Made by a program: the position numbers and the translations under genes. Positions 54,447-64,000 of a stretch of DNA of 64,000 nucleotides are shown here, in pieces. Origin of the DNA: Candidatus Bathyarchaeia archaeon (lineage in GTDB: Archaea > Thermoproteota > Bathyarchaeia > Bathyarchaeales > Bathycorpusculaceae); assembly GCA_049512935.1 (NCBI GenBank), contig JBEKWR010000003.1, positions 43,717 to 107,716 on the forward strand, given 5' to 3'. The notes beneath the pieces were generated by a model. That model did no database searches. It was not told where the DNA came from and worked only from the letters and a program-made list of their open reading frames with translations. Every line of letters begins with the position of its first letter. The first letter of the stretch is position 1.

Positions 54447-54500
54447 ATCAGAAAAAAGCTTTTAGTCCGTGAATGAGCATTTAGATTTGGGGTCAAATTC

Positions 54501-55097
54501 TTGTCCTGTGAGAAACCAAGTAAGAAAAAGCTGCCGCCTAATCAAGAAGTTACCGCTCGGCTTCTGCGTTGGGGCATCGACCATCCGGGGATAACCTCCA
54601 GTAACCCCCAGCTTAAGCTTGAAACCTACACGTTGACGATCGACGGCGAAGTGGAAAACCCAGTCGTGCTCAGTTGGAACGACTTCATGAAGTTGCCGAA
54701 AACCGTTTCGACCAGCGATTTCCACTGTGTTGAGGGCTGGAGCGTTTTGGACTGCAAATGGGAGGGCGTAACAATCCGCGCGATTGTACAACTTGTTAAA
54801 CCGAAAGCGGAGGCTAAAGCCGTGACTTTTGAATCGGCTGACTCGTACACAACTTCGCTTTTCCGCGAGGAACTCAGCGGCGACGACGTGCTCTTAGCTT
54901 ACAAGCTTAACGACCGAGTGCTTGAAGAAGGCTACGGCTTCCCAGTGCGCCTCGTGGTTCCCAGCAAATACGCCTATAAGAGCGCTTTGTGGGTGGTGCA
55001 TCTTCAGTTTACCCGCGGCAAAGCGTTGGGTTTCTGGGAGCGTCGGGGCTACAGTGACAGCGCGGACGTGTGGAAAAACGACCGTTTTAGGCGATAA
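54501..55097 (+). CDS. Molybdopterin-dependent oxidoreductase (sulfite oxidase/MsrP-like)
   Basis: DFHCVEGWS, W.GV, GFPVRLVVP..YAYKSALW, GFWE..GY. Confidence 0.88.
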   Translation: MSCEKPSKKKLPPNQEVTARLLRWGIDHPGITSSNPQLKLETYTLTIDGEVENPVVLSWNDFMKLPKTVSTSDFHCVEGWSVLDCKWEGVTIRAIVQLVKPKAEAKAVTFESADSYTTSLFREELSGDDVLLAYKLNDRVLEEGYGFPVRLVVPSKYAYKSALWVVHLQFTRGKALGFWERRGYSDSADVWKNDRFRR

Positions 55098-55244
55098 ACA
55101 ATTAATTGTTACGTATGCAACACTTTACATATCAATTAGTTTTGTTCGATAAACTTCGAACATGTAAGAATAATTCCTCTGAAGCAGGACAACGTTTATA
55201 AGGTTGCTTTGATAACGCTTTGGACTCATCAAGAGGTAAAAAAT

Positions 55245-55406
55245 ATGTCTCAGGAAAATAAGCTCGCAAGGCACAGCCAAAACTGCAAAGTAGCTGCTAG
55301 CATGCCAGAATGCATAGTTGTAGCAGCCGACGTCAGCAGTGCAAAGGTTCCTTCACAGAAAAGAAAGGAACAAGCTGAGCCAACCCTGTACCTAAAAAGA
55401 ATTTGA
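55245..55406 (+). CDS. Possible small protein
   Basis: ATG preceded by GAGGT; 53 aa, no motif. Confidence 0.3.
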   Translation: MSQENKLARHSQNCKVAASMPECIVVAADVSSAKVPSQKRKEQAEPTLYLKRI

Positions 55407-55590
55407 AACTTCTTTTCTCAACATTGCGCATTCGCAAGCAGCTTAGCGCTTAAAAGAAATTAACGCAGCGTTGAGCTTGCTGTTGATTTTGCTGTTGGAA
55501 AATAATGTTTCTTACAGCCGAAAAAACGTTGGCTACAGTTAAGGCTAAGTTGTTCGGCTCAAGTTGAGTTTTTTTGGAATATAAGGAAAA

Positions 55591-55619
55591 TGTTTCATCA
55601 ACAACAACATCAACAACAA
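55591..55619 (-). repeat. 29-bp inverted repeat, right copy
   Basis: Exact reverse complement of 49495-49523. Confidence 0.8.
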
Positions 55620-55857
55620 CGGCAGCTGGTCTGAGGGGCTAGTTCTTTCGGTTTGCGGCAAAACCAATTGTGTCATCATCATCTTCATCATTAACAACAA
55701 TGCAACTTTTACGCTCTTTCTGGGTTGCCCGCAAATCAAAAGGTCTATGTGCGCAAAAAGTCACTTGCTAATCTTCTTTAACAGGAAACATTCTGTTGCG
55801 CTTTAAATCTTTTATACTTGATTACTCATCGGCTTAAAGCGGCAAGAAGGCAAAAAA

Positions 55858-56304
55858 ATGGATTACACCGAGGCTAAACTTGGAAGGGTCTTCATTCTTA
55901 GGCTTCGCCATGGCGAACGCATTCATGAAGTCATTGAAAAATTCGCCTCTGAAAAGAAGGTTTCCAGCGCATTATGCTTCTTTGTAGGCGGCGCGGAAGA
56001 CAAGAGCAAGGTTGTCGTGGGACCGAAAGACGGCGAGGCGCTTCCTCCCATACCCATGGTAACACTGCTTAAGGGAGTTCATGAAAGCTGCGGCGTCGGG
56101 ACAATCTTCGTTGACGAGGAAGGCAAACCGAAACTTCACATGCACGCCAGTTTCGGAAGAAACGACGCTGCGGTTACGGGATGCGTGCGGTTGGGCGTTG
56201 ATGTTTGGCAGATTGGCGAAGTCGTCATTTTGGAGCTTGGTGACGCTTCGGCTAAACGGGTTAAGGATAAGAAAACGGGTTTTGAACTTTTAGACGTAGG
56301 CTAA
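55858..56304 (+). CDS. PPC/DUF296-domain protein
   Basis: GVGTIF, LHMHASFG pattern. Confidence 0.8.
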   Translation: MDYTEAKLGRVFILRLRHGERIHEVIEKFASEKKVSSALCFFVGGAEDKSKVVVGPKDGEALPPIPMVTLLKGVHESCGVGTIFVDEEGKPKLHMHASFGRNDAAVTGCVRLGVDVWQIGEVVILELGDASAKRVKDKKTGFELLDVG

Positions 56305-56306
56305 GA

Positions 56307-57968
56307 TTACGTTTGAGTTTGGTTGAAGCGTACCAGAAAGAGCCGTTCGGGCATTTGACCGAAGAAAGGCTGGTCTGTTGGTACGCCGAACCTTCCCGTG
56401 CTGTAAATCATGGCTAGGATGTCGGCGTAGGTTAAGGTGGTGTTGTAGAACGGCATTGTTGACCCGTAATCGTACAGGATTATGTATTTGACGTTGCGTT
56501 GTTCGCATAGGCTTACGAACTGGGTTATGTTGAAGTCAGGTGTGAAAGTGTCAACGGCAAGTTCTGGGTACTGCCAAATCTGGTTTTCAGACATGTTTGC
56601 AGGCATGTAAAACCAAAACATGTCCTGGTAGAAACTGTTGGAGGCGCAGATGATGACTGCCGACTGGTTTTGATCCAAGTGACCCGCCAAATAGTTCGTT
56701 GTGGCTTGAATGGGAATGCTAACCTCATCTCTAGCAGTCATCTCATAGGCGTTGTAACTGCTGTAAGCGATCGCGGATGCGGCGAGGAAAATGAAGGAGG
56801 CTGCTGCAAGTTTCTTGGTTCGAACCCCGCTGAGACCTGTCAAGTTGGGTTTCCAAGAGCGTACTTTCCCGTACAGAAAAACAATGAAGCTGGCGGCTGA
56901 CATGGCTAAGATTGGGAAAAGTACGTCTACGTAACGCCATTGTCTGTCTGGGATCAGAGTGAAGAAGGTGTAGATTGCTATGAACCACGTAAAGAGAAAG
57001 ACATCTTGCTTTTTTCTCCTGTAAGCGAACAATCCTAAACCGCAAAGGCCAAGCGCCATTATGGGCAGCGAGACTGGGTTAACGGGGATGCCGTTAAAAG
57101 GCGCAGTCATTTCAATCAGGTAGTAAACTGGGATGAAAAACCTGTTGCTGTAGGAAGGCCTGTTTTGTCCGCCAACTTGCACGACGTAAAGGATGGTTTG
57201 AAACTTTGACGACCCGCTGAATTGGTAAATCATCAAAAACCAAGGTGCCACCACCAAAAGCGCTATTAGAACTATGACTATCAGCTTTGTTACGCTTATT
57301 TTCAGTCTTTTTCTGCAAAGAAACAGAATGCTCACGAGCATTGCGAGGGCTGCAACCAAAATCTGGTACTTCGCAAGGATGCCGATGCCTAAGGCTAACC
57401 CGCATAAGACAAGCGCTTTGTTGCTGTTGTTTGTGATCCACGTGTAAAAAAGAAACATCACTAACGAGAAAAAGAATATGAGCACCGTTTCCAGCAGCGT
57501 TACTCTTGAAACCCAGACGAACCCGGGCATCGTGGCAAGCAGAACGCTTGCGATCAAGCCGTTTCGGGGTCCGTACGCTTTCTTGGCAAACTCGAACACA
57601 ACCCACACGGCGAGCAAAGCAAAAGTTACGGAAACCAGCCTTCCAGCTGTTGTGCTTACGCCGAAAACCTCTAGGTAGCCCGCAGTTATTAAGTCAAAAA
57701 AAGGCGGGTAGTAGCCGTTTATCGACAGGTAATTGTATGTGTTTCCCCGAGTTAGAAGCAAGCCGCCGTAAAGGTGAGGCATCTCGTCCCATTGCGGCGA
57801 CATGTAGCCTAAGCTTAGGGTCAGAAGGTAAGCGTAGACCACGACGAAAGCCAAGAAAGCCAGCCGCCACTTATTGGCTTTAACTGCACGTTTCAGCCGA
57901 GATGCTGCAGAATTGCTGCCTGACTGTGGCGTCGCATCTTGCGCTGTGTCTGGTTGTTTAATGGTCAG
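56307..57968 (-). CDS. ArnT/PMT-like (GT39/GT83) membrane glycosyltransferase
   Basis: QWDEMPH, YPPFF, RVTLLET, GILAKY; frame open upstream to 57977, first standard start 57854, real start uncertain. Confidence 0.8.
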   Translation of the reverse strand: MTIKQPDTAQDATPQSGSNSAASRLKRAVKANKWRLAFLAFVVVYAYLLTLSLGYMSPQWDEMPHLYGGLLLTRGNTYNYLSINGYYPPFFDLITAGYLEVFGVSTTAGRLVSVTFALLAVWVVFEFAKKAYGPRNGLIASVLLATMPGFVWVSRVTLLETVLIFFFSLVMFLFYTWITNNSNKALVLCGLALGIGILAKYQILVAALAMLVSILFLCRKRLKISVTKLIVIVLIALLVVAPWFLMIYQFSGSSKFQTILYVVQVGGQNRPSYSNRFFIPVYYLIEMTAPFNGIPVNPVSLPIMALGLCGLGLFAYRRKKQDVFLFTWFIAIYTFFTLIPDRQWRYVDVLFPILAMSAASFIVFLYGKVRSWKPNLTGLSGVRTKKLAAASFIFLAASAIAYSSYNAYEMTARDEVSIPIQATTNYLAGHLDQNQSAVIICASNSFYQDMFWFYMPANMSENQIWQYPELAVDTFTPDFNITQFVSLCEQRNVKYIILYDYGSTMPFYNTTLTYADILAMIYSTGRFGVPTDQPFFGQMPERLFLVRFNQTQT

Positions 57969-58150
57969 CCTCTCTCCCTATGGAAAAGCATTATTTCAAA
58001 CCACGTAAAAAAGCGTTTGTTAAATCCCGCTTTTATCCTCTAAAGCTGTTAGAGTGATGCTTCGGTTTTTTGCCAAAAGAGTCTTATGGTAGGTGCAGAA
58101 GATGTAATGGAAACCAAACATGCCTTAAAGAGTTGGCAAGTGCCGAAACT

Positions 58151-58849
58151 ATGAAATTGTCAATCGTAATACCAGCGTACAACGAGGAAAAAAGGATTAG
58201 GCACACTTTGGAGTGTTTGGTTGAACGATTCAACGGTTCCTGCGAAATCATAGTCGTGTCAGAAAGTACCGATAAAACGAATGACATCGTAAACGAATTT
58301 TCCAAGACTTCAGGGGTCGTCAAGCTTTTAGCGTCACCCAAAAGGCTCGGGAAGGGCGGAGCCTTCAAAAAAGGCGTTAGAAACTCACGCGGCGAAATTG
58401 TCATGCTGCTTGATTCAGATCTTCCTGTTCCAGTTTCAGACGTTGAGAAGCTGGCTTCCTGCGTGGAAGACGTTGATGTTGCTGTCGCTTCAAGAGAGGT
58501 TTATGGGGCAAAAATTTTGGTTGAACGTCCCCCCGCGAGAGTGTTTGCGAGTAAGGCTTTCTCCCTGTTTTTCAATGCCTTGTTCAACCTTAACGTGAAG
58601 GATACTCAATGCGGTTGTAAAGCCTTCAAAAGGGAAGCGCTACAAAACGTTCTTTTCACCGTTGAAAGCGACGGTTTTGAGTTTGATGCCGAGTTGCTGT
58701 GGAAATGCAAGAAAAAAGGCTACTCTATAAAAGAGGTGCCTGTGACTTGGAGTTACACGACTGCCTCAAAACTTAACCTCGGAGAGGACACTTTGAAAAT
58801 GGCGCTGGATGTTCTAAAGCTTTGGGTAAAAACGCGCACCGTCGCGTAA
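58151..58849 (+). CDS. GT2 dolichyl-phosphate hexose synthase-like glycosyltransferase
   Basis: SIVIPAYNEE, GKGGA, LDSD, DTQCGCK, FEFDAELL. Confidence 0.88.
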   Translation: MKLSIVIPAYNEEKRIRHTLECLVERFNGSCEIIVVSESTDKTNDIVNEFSKTSGVVKLLASPKRLGKGGAFKKGVRNSRGEIVMLLDSDLPVPVSDVEKLASCVEDVDVAVASREVYGAKILVERPPARVFASKAFSLFFNALFNLNVKDTQCGCKAFKREALQNVLFTVESDGFEFDAELLWKCKKKGYSIKEVPVTWSYTTASKLNLGEDTLKMALDVLKLWVKTRTVA

Positions 58850-58919
58850 AAGACTTAGAGCGGATTAAAGAACGTGCCGATTGAAATTAAAAGAAAAAAG
58901 AAGTTTTGTGTTGCTGGGT

Positions 58920-60248
58920 CTATATGAAGTGGACTTTTAGGGCGTGTGTTGAGCAGGAGATGCATGGGTCGTAGGCTCTGACGAGCATTTCCAAGGTGAG
59001 CTCGATTTCTTTTTCTGATTTGTCAAGAATCTTGGGTAGCAGCGCTTTTAGGTCTAATTCGATGTTGCCGTGGTTTTGATTTGTCGGGATTATGCAGTTG
59101 GCTTTAGTGCAGTATCCTTTGTCATTGTAAGTATAGTCATGGAACAAGATGCCTCTTGGGACTTCGACAGCGCCGATGCCGCGTCCAGCTTTAACTTTGA
59201 TTTCTGGCTTATTGTATTCTGGTTGACTCTTCAAGCCTGCAGATTCCAGTTCATCGATGAGTTTGATTGAATCTTCCAAGCTGTGAACAACTTCTACAAG
59301 CTGCGCAATGCTGTTCATGAATGGGTTATGGCATACTGGTTTGAGGTCGAACATTTCCGCTGTCTGCTTAGCCATCGGTGAAAGCTTTTCGTAGTTCAGG
59401 TTCAATCTAGCAAGCGCCCCGACCATGTAAGATTCACGGGCGTGTTTTGCGCGTTTGGCGGTGGAGTATGGAACGATGTACTCGTTTGTGTATGATAGGT
59501 ACTCGTTTACAGGCGCTATTCCTGTGTCGGTGGAGCTAAGCTTTCCGTCGTACAATGCATACTCGTTAGGGCTGGTTAAACCGATGAATTCTGTTTCCCT
59601 TGTAAAATCAGGCAGTTTACCCGCTAAAGCCTTGATTAAACCTGCGACAGCTTGAACGTCTGGGGCAGATTCTTTCAGTTTCTGTCTAATAGCTGTTAAC
59701 TCGTTTATTGATGGGATTTTTGAGAAGCCGCCAGGTAGAAGCCTTTGAGGGTGCGTGGTTCTGCCGCAAAGCAAATTAGACATTTCATTTGCTAGCCGAT
59801 GCAAGCGCAGAACAGTTTTTACTTCTTTGGGGTTTGAAGCTGCAATTGGAATAACTGAACCCACACCCATCAGGTCGGGCAGGACCAAGAAGCCTAAATG
59901 CAGAATGTGGCTTTGCAGGTTTTCACCGTGAAGCGCCAGTTTCCTTAGTTTCAGGTCTTGCTCGCTTATTTGGATGCCCATGGCTGTCTCAGTTGCTTTG
60001 AGCGATGCGAGCGTGTGGCCTATTGAGCAGATTCCGCAGATCCTAGACGTTATATGGTGCAGTTCGCTGTACTGGCGACCTACAACCATCGCTTCAAAGA
60101 ATCTTGGCGCTTCAGGTATTGCCCACTCGCATTTTTCTACCGTTCCTTCACGGACATTTACGTATATGTCACCGTGTCCTTCAACTCGGGTAATATAGTG
60201 CACTTTCAGGTTTAAGTTCTGGTTTTTCATTTTCGTCTCTCCTGCCAA
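58920..60248 (-). CDS. hydA: [NiFe] hydrogenase large (alpha) subunit, group 3b-like
   Basis: TRVEGH, RICGIC L1 and DPCISCSTH L2 motifs, EVPRG. Confidence 0.93.
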   Translation of the reverse strand: MAGETKMKNQNLNLKVHYITRVEGHGDIYVNVREGTVEKCEWAIPEAPRFFEAMVVGRQYSELHHITSRICGICSIGHTLASLKATETAMGIQISEQDLKLRKLALHGENLQSHILHLGFLVLPDLMGVGSVIPIAASNPKEVKTVLRLHRLANEMSNLLCGRTTHPQRLLPGGFSKIPSINELTAIRQKLKESAPDVQAVAGLIKALAGKLPDFTRETEFIGLTSPNEYALYDGKLSSTDTGIAPVNEYLSYTNEYIVPYSTAKRAKHARESYMVGALARLNLNYEKLSPMAKQTAEMFDLKPVCHNPFMNSIAQLVEVVHSLEDSIKLIDELESAGLKSQPEYNKPEIKVKAGRGIGAVEVPRGILFHDYTYNDKGYCTKANCIIPTNQNHGNIELDLKALLPKILDKSEKEIELTLEMLVRAYDPCISCSTHALKVHFI

Positions 60249-60964
60249 CCAAAGTATAAACTAAACTTGCTAACTGCATCATCAACTGTTAAGCCATATT
60301 TGATTAAGACTTCTTTTTCAGAATTCTCGTTAGGGTTATCTACCAAGCCTCGGCATCCCCAACATATCGTTCCTTCGTTGACGCAGCAGGAATCGCATCC
60401 TGCTCTTGTGACTGGCCCGACGCAGAATTGTCCCCTTTCGAAGGCACAGATATTTTCGTTCTTTTTGCATTCAACGCATACGGGGTAAGTGGGTATATCG
60501 GGTTTCTTTCCAAGCAACAACGATTTAACAACGCTGAGAAACTCTTCCTTGGTCATCGGGCACCCATACACGTAGGCATCTACAGGTATCACGGAGTCTA
60601 TTGGCCTAGCGGCATAAGTATCAAATAGTCTTGCGCTGTCACCGTAAACGGTTTTTTTAACTTCGTCCAGTTCCTTGTAGTTTTTCAGCGAGTTTATTCC
60701 GCCGATAGCGGCGCATGAGCCGATGGCGACAACTACCTTAGCGTTTTTTCTTATTTGCTTTAGTCTATCTTCGTCTTGAAGTCGAGTGCATGACCCTTCT
60801 ACGAAGGCTATGTCATAATTGTCGCTGTGTTCTTTCATGACTTCTCTAAAGCTCACAACTTCCACTTGATCAAGAAGGGCCAGTATTTCTTCTTCCAAAT
60901 TGGCGATTTGCAGCTCGTCACCCTCGCAGCCAGCAAAATCAAAGAAAGCTACTTTCGGCTTCAC
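60227..60964 (-). CDS. hydD: [NiFe] hydrogenase small (delta) subunit
   Basis: CEGD, GSC, YGCP, CVEC, CWGCRG. Confidence 0.9.
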   Translation of the reverse strand: MKPKVAFFDFAGCEGDELQIANLEEEILALLDQVEVVSFREVMKEHSDNYDIAFVEGSCTRLQDEDRLKQIRKNAKVVVAIGSCAAIGGINSLKNYKELDEVKKTVYGDSARLFDTYAARPIDSVIPVDAYVYGCPMTKEEFLSVVKSLLLGKKPDIPTYPVCVECKKNENICAFERGQFCVGPVTRAGCDSCCVNEGTICWGCRGLVDNPNENSEKEVLIKYGLTVDDAVSKFSLYFGWQERRK

Positions 60965-60966
60965 CT

Positions 60967-62883
60967 TTAAAGCGCCTCCGGGATTCCCCTGATTTTTGAA
61001 TAATTAAACACGGGTCCATCCTTGCAAACATAGACTTGGTTGATCTGGCAGTGACCACATCTTCCAACTCCACACTTCATTCTTCTCTCCAAAGACATGA
61101 TTATGTGATCGTCGGGAACGTTTCGTTTTTTTAAGTCAGCAATGACGAACTTGTACATGATTGGTGGACCGCAAATTACAGCGTACGTTTTTTCGGGATC
61201 AAACTTTATTTGAGGAATAAGCGTTGTTATCACACCTATATTTGCCGACCAAGTTTCGGTTTCAGGGCAACTGTCGACTGTAGGCTTGAATTCTACGTCG
61301 TCTCTCTCGGCTAGTGCAAGAAGTTCATCAGCAAAAAGCAGATCCTTTGGCTCCTTACAGCCATAAAGCAAAATTACCTGGCCATAGTCTTTTCGGTTAT
61401 CAAGAACGTAATTGAATAATGACCGCAGCGGTGCAAGTCCCAGGCCGCCTGCCACAAAAAGCAGGTCTTTGCCTTTCAAGAATTCTGCATCAAATCCGTT
61501 TCCAAACGGTCCTCTTATTCCCACTTTGTCTCCGGCGTTAAGCGTGTGCAACTTCGTTGTTACGTTGCCTAGTTTACGAACGCATATTTCAAACGTTTCT
61601 TTCTTTGTTGGCGGCGACGAAATGGAAATTGGCGCTTCGCCTATTCCAAAAACCGAAACTTCAACGAATTGTCCTGGTTTGTGACCCAGAACCGAGCCAT
61701 CGTCCAATTTGATTTCAAACAACGTTTCATTAGCCGTCATAGGCTGTTTCCTTACGATTGTTGCAAGCATAGGAACAAAGTCTATGTTGCCTTCAGTTTG
61801 AATTTTAACTTCAGGCGTTGATACAGCAGTCACTTGCACGCCACTGTTCTGGTTTTCATGGTACATGTCATTGAAAAGATTGACTGGGTTGGCAATGTTA
61901 GGAAGACAGTTCGAGGAGCACCGCCCGCAACCTACACACGAAACGAATCCGAATCGATCAAACAGATACTTGCCTTTCTTAAAGTATCTATGTCTATATC
62001 TGGTCGGTCTTGTTGGGCGGAAATTTTCACCTGAACTGATTTTCGCAAAATCTTCGATTAAGCATCCATCCCAAGTTCTCACTCGTTCGCCCTGTTCAAG
62101 GGACAAGTCAGGATTATCTTTAATATCAAAGCAGTAGCATGTGGGGCAAACAAGGACGCAGGAGCCGCAAGCTAAACATTTCTCAGAATGTTTCTCCCAG
62201 AAAGAACTGTCTCCGTAAAATTTACTCAGCATTTCAGGAATTAATTCTGGTGGAAGATCCAGCTTTTGTTGTGTCATCGCCATTATTTCCCGCTTTTTCT
62301 GGCCGACCAGCTGGGTGTCTCTTGCAAGCGCATTATCAACGTTTTTTGCATACTTATCCAGGAGTGCCTCGCCTTTTTCCGAACCAATACTGATGGCATA
62401 CCTGTTTCCAAGATCCGTGAGCATAAGGTCATAGCCATACTCTACTGTGGCGCTGCCCATGTAATCTGCAAAGCACCATTTTGACATTTTCACAATATTA
62501 ACGCCGATAATTATCGATGCTTCCCGTTTTTCAAAATAGTACGGGTCTGATTTTGTTTCGCTAAAGACTTCATCCATGTGAAGAAGGGCTACTATATCAT
62601 ATGGGTGAACGCCGACTAGCACCATGGGCTTGATTTCAGATGGGCTTTTAGCAGAAAAACTCTTTCCCACATTATAAGTCACTAAAGTTTCTCTTTGGGG
62701 AAAGAAATACTTCTTAGGCGGAAGAAGAGTAACGTCATAATCCATTCGCAGTTCACTGGCAGACTCTAAAGGCCCGAAAGCGAATTTATTGCCTTTCGCT
62801 TTGACACCTATAACGTTCAAAGATTCATCTTTTATCATGGAGTTGACAAAAAGAGCAAAGTTTTCTTTTGATATTATACGCAT
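60967..62883 (-). CDS. Fused hydrogenase beta (4Fe-4S) and gamma (FAD/NAD, 2Fe-2S) subunits
   Basis: CLACGSC..CPTCYC and CVGCGRC..C, then PGQF, RGPFG, GGLG.AP, CGP, CGVGRCGHC...C in one frame. Confidence 0.88.
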   Translation of the reverse strand: MRIISKENFALFVNSMIKDESLNVIGVKAKGNKFAFGPLESASELRMDYDVTLLPPKKYFFPQRETLVTYNVGKSFSAKSPSEIKPMVLVGVHPYDIVALLHMDEVFSETKSDPYYFEKREASIIIGVNIVKMSKWCFADYMGSATVEYGYDLMLTDLGNRYAISIGSEKGEALLDKYAKNVDNALARDTQLVGQKKREIMAMTQQKLDLPPELIPEMLSKFYGDSSFWEKHSEKCLACGSCVLVCPTCYCFDIKDNPDLSLEQGERVRTWDGCLIEDFAKISSGENFRPTRPTRYRHRYFKKGKYLFDRFGFVSCVGCGRCSSNCLPNIANPVNLFNDMYHENQNSGVQVTAVSTPEVKIQTEGNIDFVPMLATIVRKQPMTANETLFEIKLDDGSVLGHKPGQFVEVSVFGIGEAPISISSPPTKKETFEICVRKLGNVTTKLHTLNAGDKVGIRGPFGNGFDAEFLKGKDLLFVAGGLGLAPLRSLFNYVLDNRKDYGQVILLYGCKEPKDLLFADELLALAERDDVEFKPTVDSCPETETWSANIGVITTLIPQIKFDPEKTYAVICGPPIMYKFVIADLKKRNVPDDHIIMSLERRMKCGVGRCGHCQINQVYVCKDGPVFNYSKIRGIPEAL

Positions 62884-63156
62884 TTCATCGCTTCCAGATT
62901 GCTGAGAATAAGCAATTTTTTTTTGTAATAGTACATGAAAAGGTAAAGATGCACATATAATTCTTTTCCTAAAAAAGGACTATCTACCGAAAAACGTGTT
63001 TGAGCAGTCCAAAACCAAACGAATTATTTACGGTCAAGATCAAGTTTTGTGGCTAATTGCCTTAGAAACATCGTCTATCTGCCCTTTAGACTTTTATACT
63101 AGGATTTCTGTAGTGGTGCGGTGTGGTTCCATTGAATTTAAAGGAGGATCAAACCA

Positions 63157-63645
63157 TTGTCTGAAATGGACCAGAGACGTTCAACGTTGGAAAAAGTTTT
63201 GAAAGAACACAATTACCAAGAAAGCGCTCTTTTAGAAATACTGCATCGCGCCCAAGAAATTTACGGCTATTTAGATAAGGATTTGCTTATGGACATTTCT
63301 GGGTCGCTTAACATTCCGCCGAGCCATGTTTACGGCGTAGCAACTTTCTACAGCTTCTTCAAATTTAAACAGCCCGGGCAACACATCGTCACTGGTTGCT
63401 TAGGAACCGCTTGCTACGTGAAAGAAGTTGAACAGATTTTTGAGGCTGTTGAAAAAGAATTTAACGTCAAACGCGGCGGAGAAACTTCAGATGGAAAGCT
63501 TTCCCTTCTTGTCACGCGGTGCATCGGCGCGTGCGCTATGGCACCGAACGTCGTGATTGATGATGACGTGGTGGGTAGAGCCACAAAAGAAATAGTTATT
63601 GCAAGAATAAAGGCTGTTCTTGGAGGGATTAAACCTGAAAGTTGA
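63157..63645 (+). CDS. NuoE/HydC-like [2Fe-2S] subunit
   Basis: YGVATFYS, CLGTAC, CIGACAMAP. Confidence 0.88.
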   Translation: MSEMDQRRSTLEKVLKEHNYQESALLEILHRAQEIYGYLDKDLLMDISGSLNIPPSHVYGVATFYSFFKFKQPGQHIVTGCLGTACYVKEVEQIFEAVEKEFNVKRGGETSDGKLSLLVTRCIGACAMAPNVVIDDDVVGRATKEIVIARIKAVLGGIKPES

Positions 63646-64000
63646 TGATATTCAAAAAATAGCTGAGCATGAAATTGATTTTCAAAGGGCATACAAGTAC
63701 CGGATTAATGTTTGCTGCTCAAGCGGATGCGTTCCTTTCGGAGCGCTCAAAGTCCTGAAAGCTTTCGAAGATGCGGTTAAGGAGTTAGGCGTGGACAAGG
63801 AATGCAAAGTTGCACGCACAGGCTGCATCGGCACATGCTCTGTCGGTCCCGCAGTTTTGATTGAGCCCGGTGACTACCTTTACCAGAGCGTTACCCCTGA
63901 AGCTGTGAGGGAGATTGTCCGTGACCACATAGTTCTCGATTTACCAGTAAAAGAAATGCTTTACAAGAATGAGGCGTACTTCAAAAAGCAGCATCGGCTT
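63620..64000 (+). CDS. NuoF/HydB-like subunit, N-terminal thioredoxin-like [2Fe-2S] domain; runs off window
   Basis: RINVCCSSGC, GCIGTCSVGP, IV.DH, YFKKQHR; TTG 63620 or CTG 63635 start. Confidence 0.75.
   Translation, partial: MEGLNLKVDDIQKIAEHEIDFQRAYKYRINVCCSSGCVPFGALKVLKAFEDAVKELGVDKECKVARTGCIGTCSVGPAVLIEPGDYLYQSVTPEAVREIVRDHIVLDLPVKEMLYKNEAYFKKQHRL

Noticed and set aside
55545-55739. 64-aa ORF with LLLMLLLMK runs
   Set aside because: Product of trinucleotide low-complexity DNA; kept only as part of the inverted-repeat finding.
58920-60248. Selenocysteine or [NiFeSe] hydrogenase
   Set aside because: L2 motif is DPCISC with ordinary Cys codons and no in-frame TGA.
1-64000. IS elements, intact integrases, cas genes, rRNA
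   Set aside because: No transposase, full recombinase or cas motifs and no rRNA-like sequence were recognised.

Overview
Archaeal chromosomal segment, most likely from a member of Bathyarchaeia (inferred from the gene set, frequent TTG starts, zinc-ribbon, tandem-AbrB and DUF5752 proteins; not verified by search). Core content: paaI-iorAB-paaK aromatic acid cluster, metG, SRP RNA, a trpEGDCBA operon without trpF, bacterial-type uvrBAC, SSB, a thiolase-like plus DUF35-HMG-CoA synthase pair, pncB, uppP, a NRAMP-like transporter with a divergent DtxR regulator, radical SAM plus dinB, glycosyltransferases, a group 3b-type [NiFe] hydrogenase operon and the start of a NuoEF-like operon. Two tRNA genes (Cys-GCA, Lys-CTT) are both integration sites. 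Main observations: (1) tRNA-Cys is followed by three further copies of its 3' end that delimit 0.5-1 kb integrase-free units, two carrying PIN toxin-antitoxin modules; (2) the thiolase-like protein has lost all three catalytic motifs while its DUF35-HMGCS partner looks intact; (3) a conserved 30-37 nt element recurs in four intergenic spacers together with TGCGAC-based and 10-bp-phased repeats next to a tandem-AbrB gene; (4) IorA carries an inserted 16-Cys polyferredoxin; (5) an ATPase partner gene is split at an in-phase G GGA AAA slippery heptamer; (6) a 2.2 kb tRNA-Lys islet encodes an orphan PD-(D/E)XK-like protein. No CRISPR array, intact integrase or IS was seen. All family assignments come from motif recognition, not database searches.
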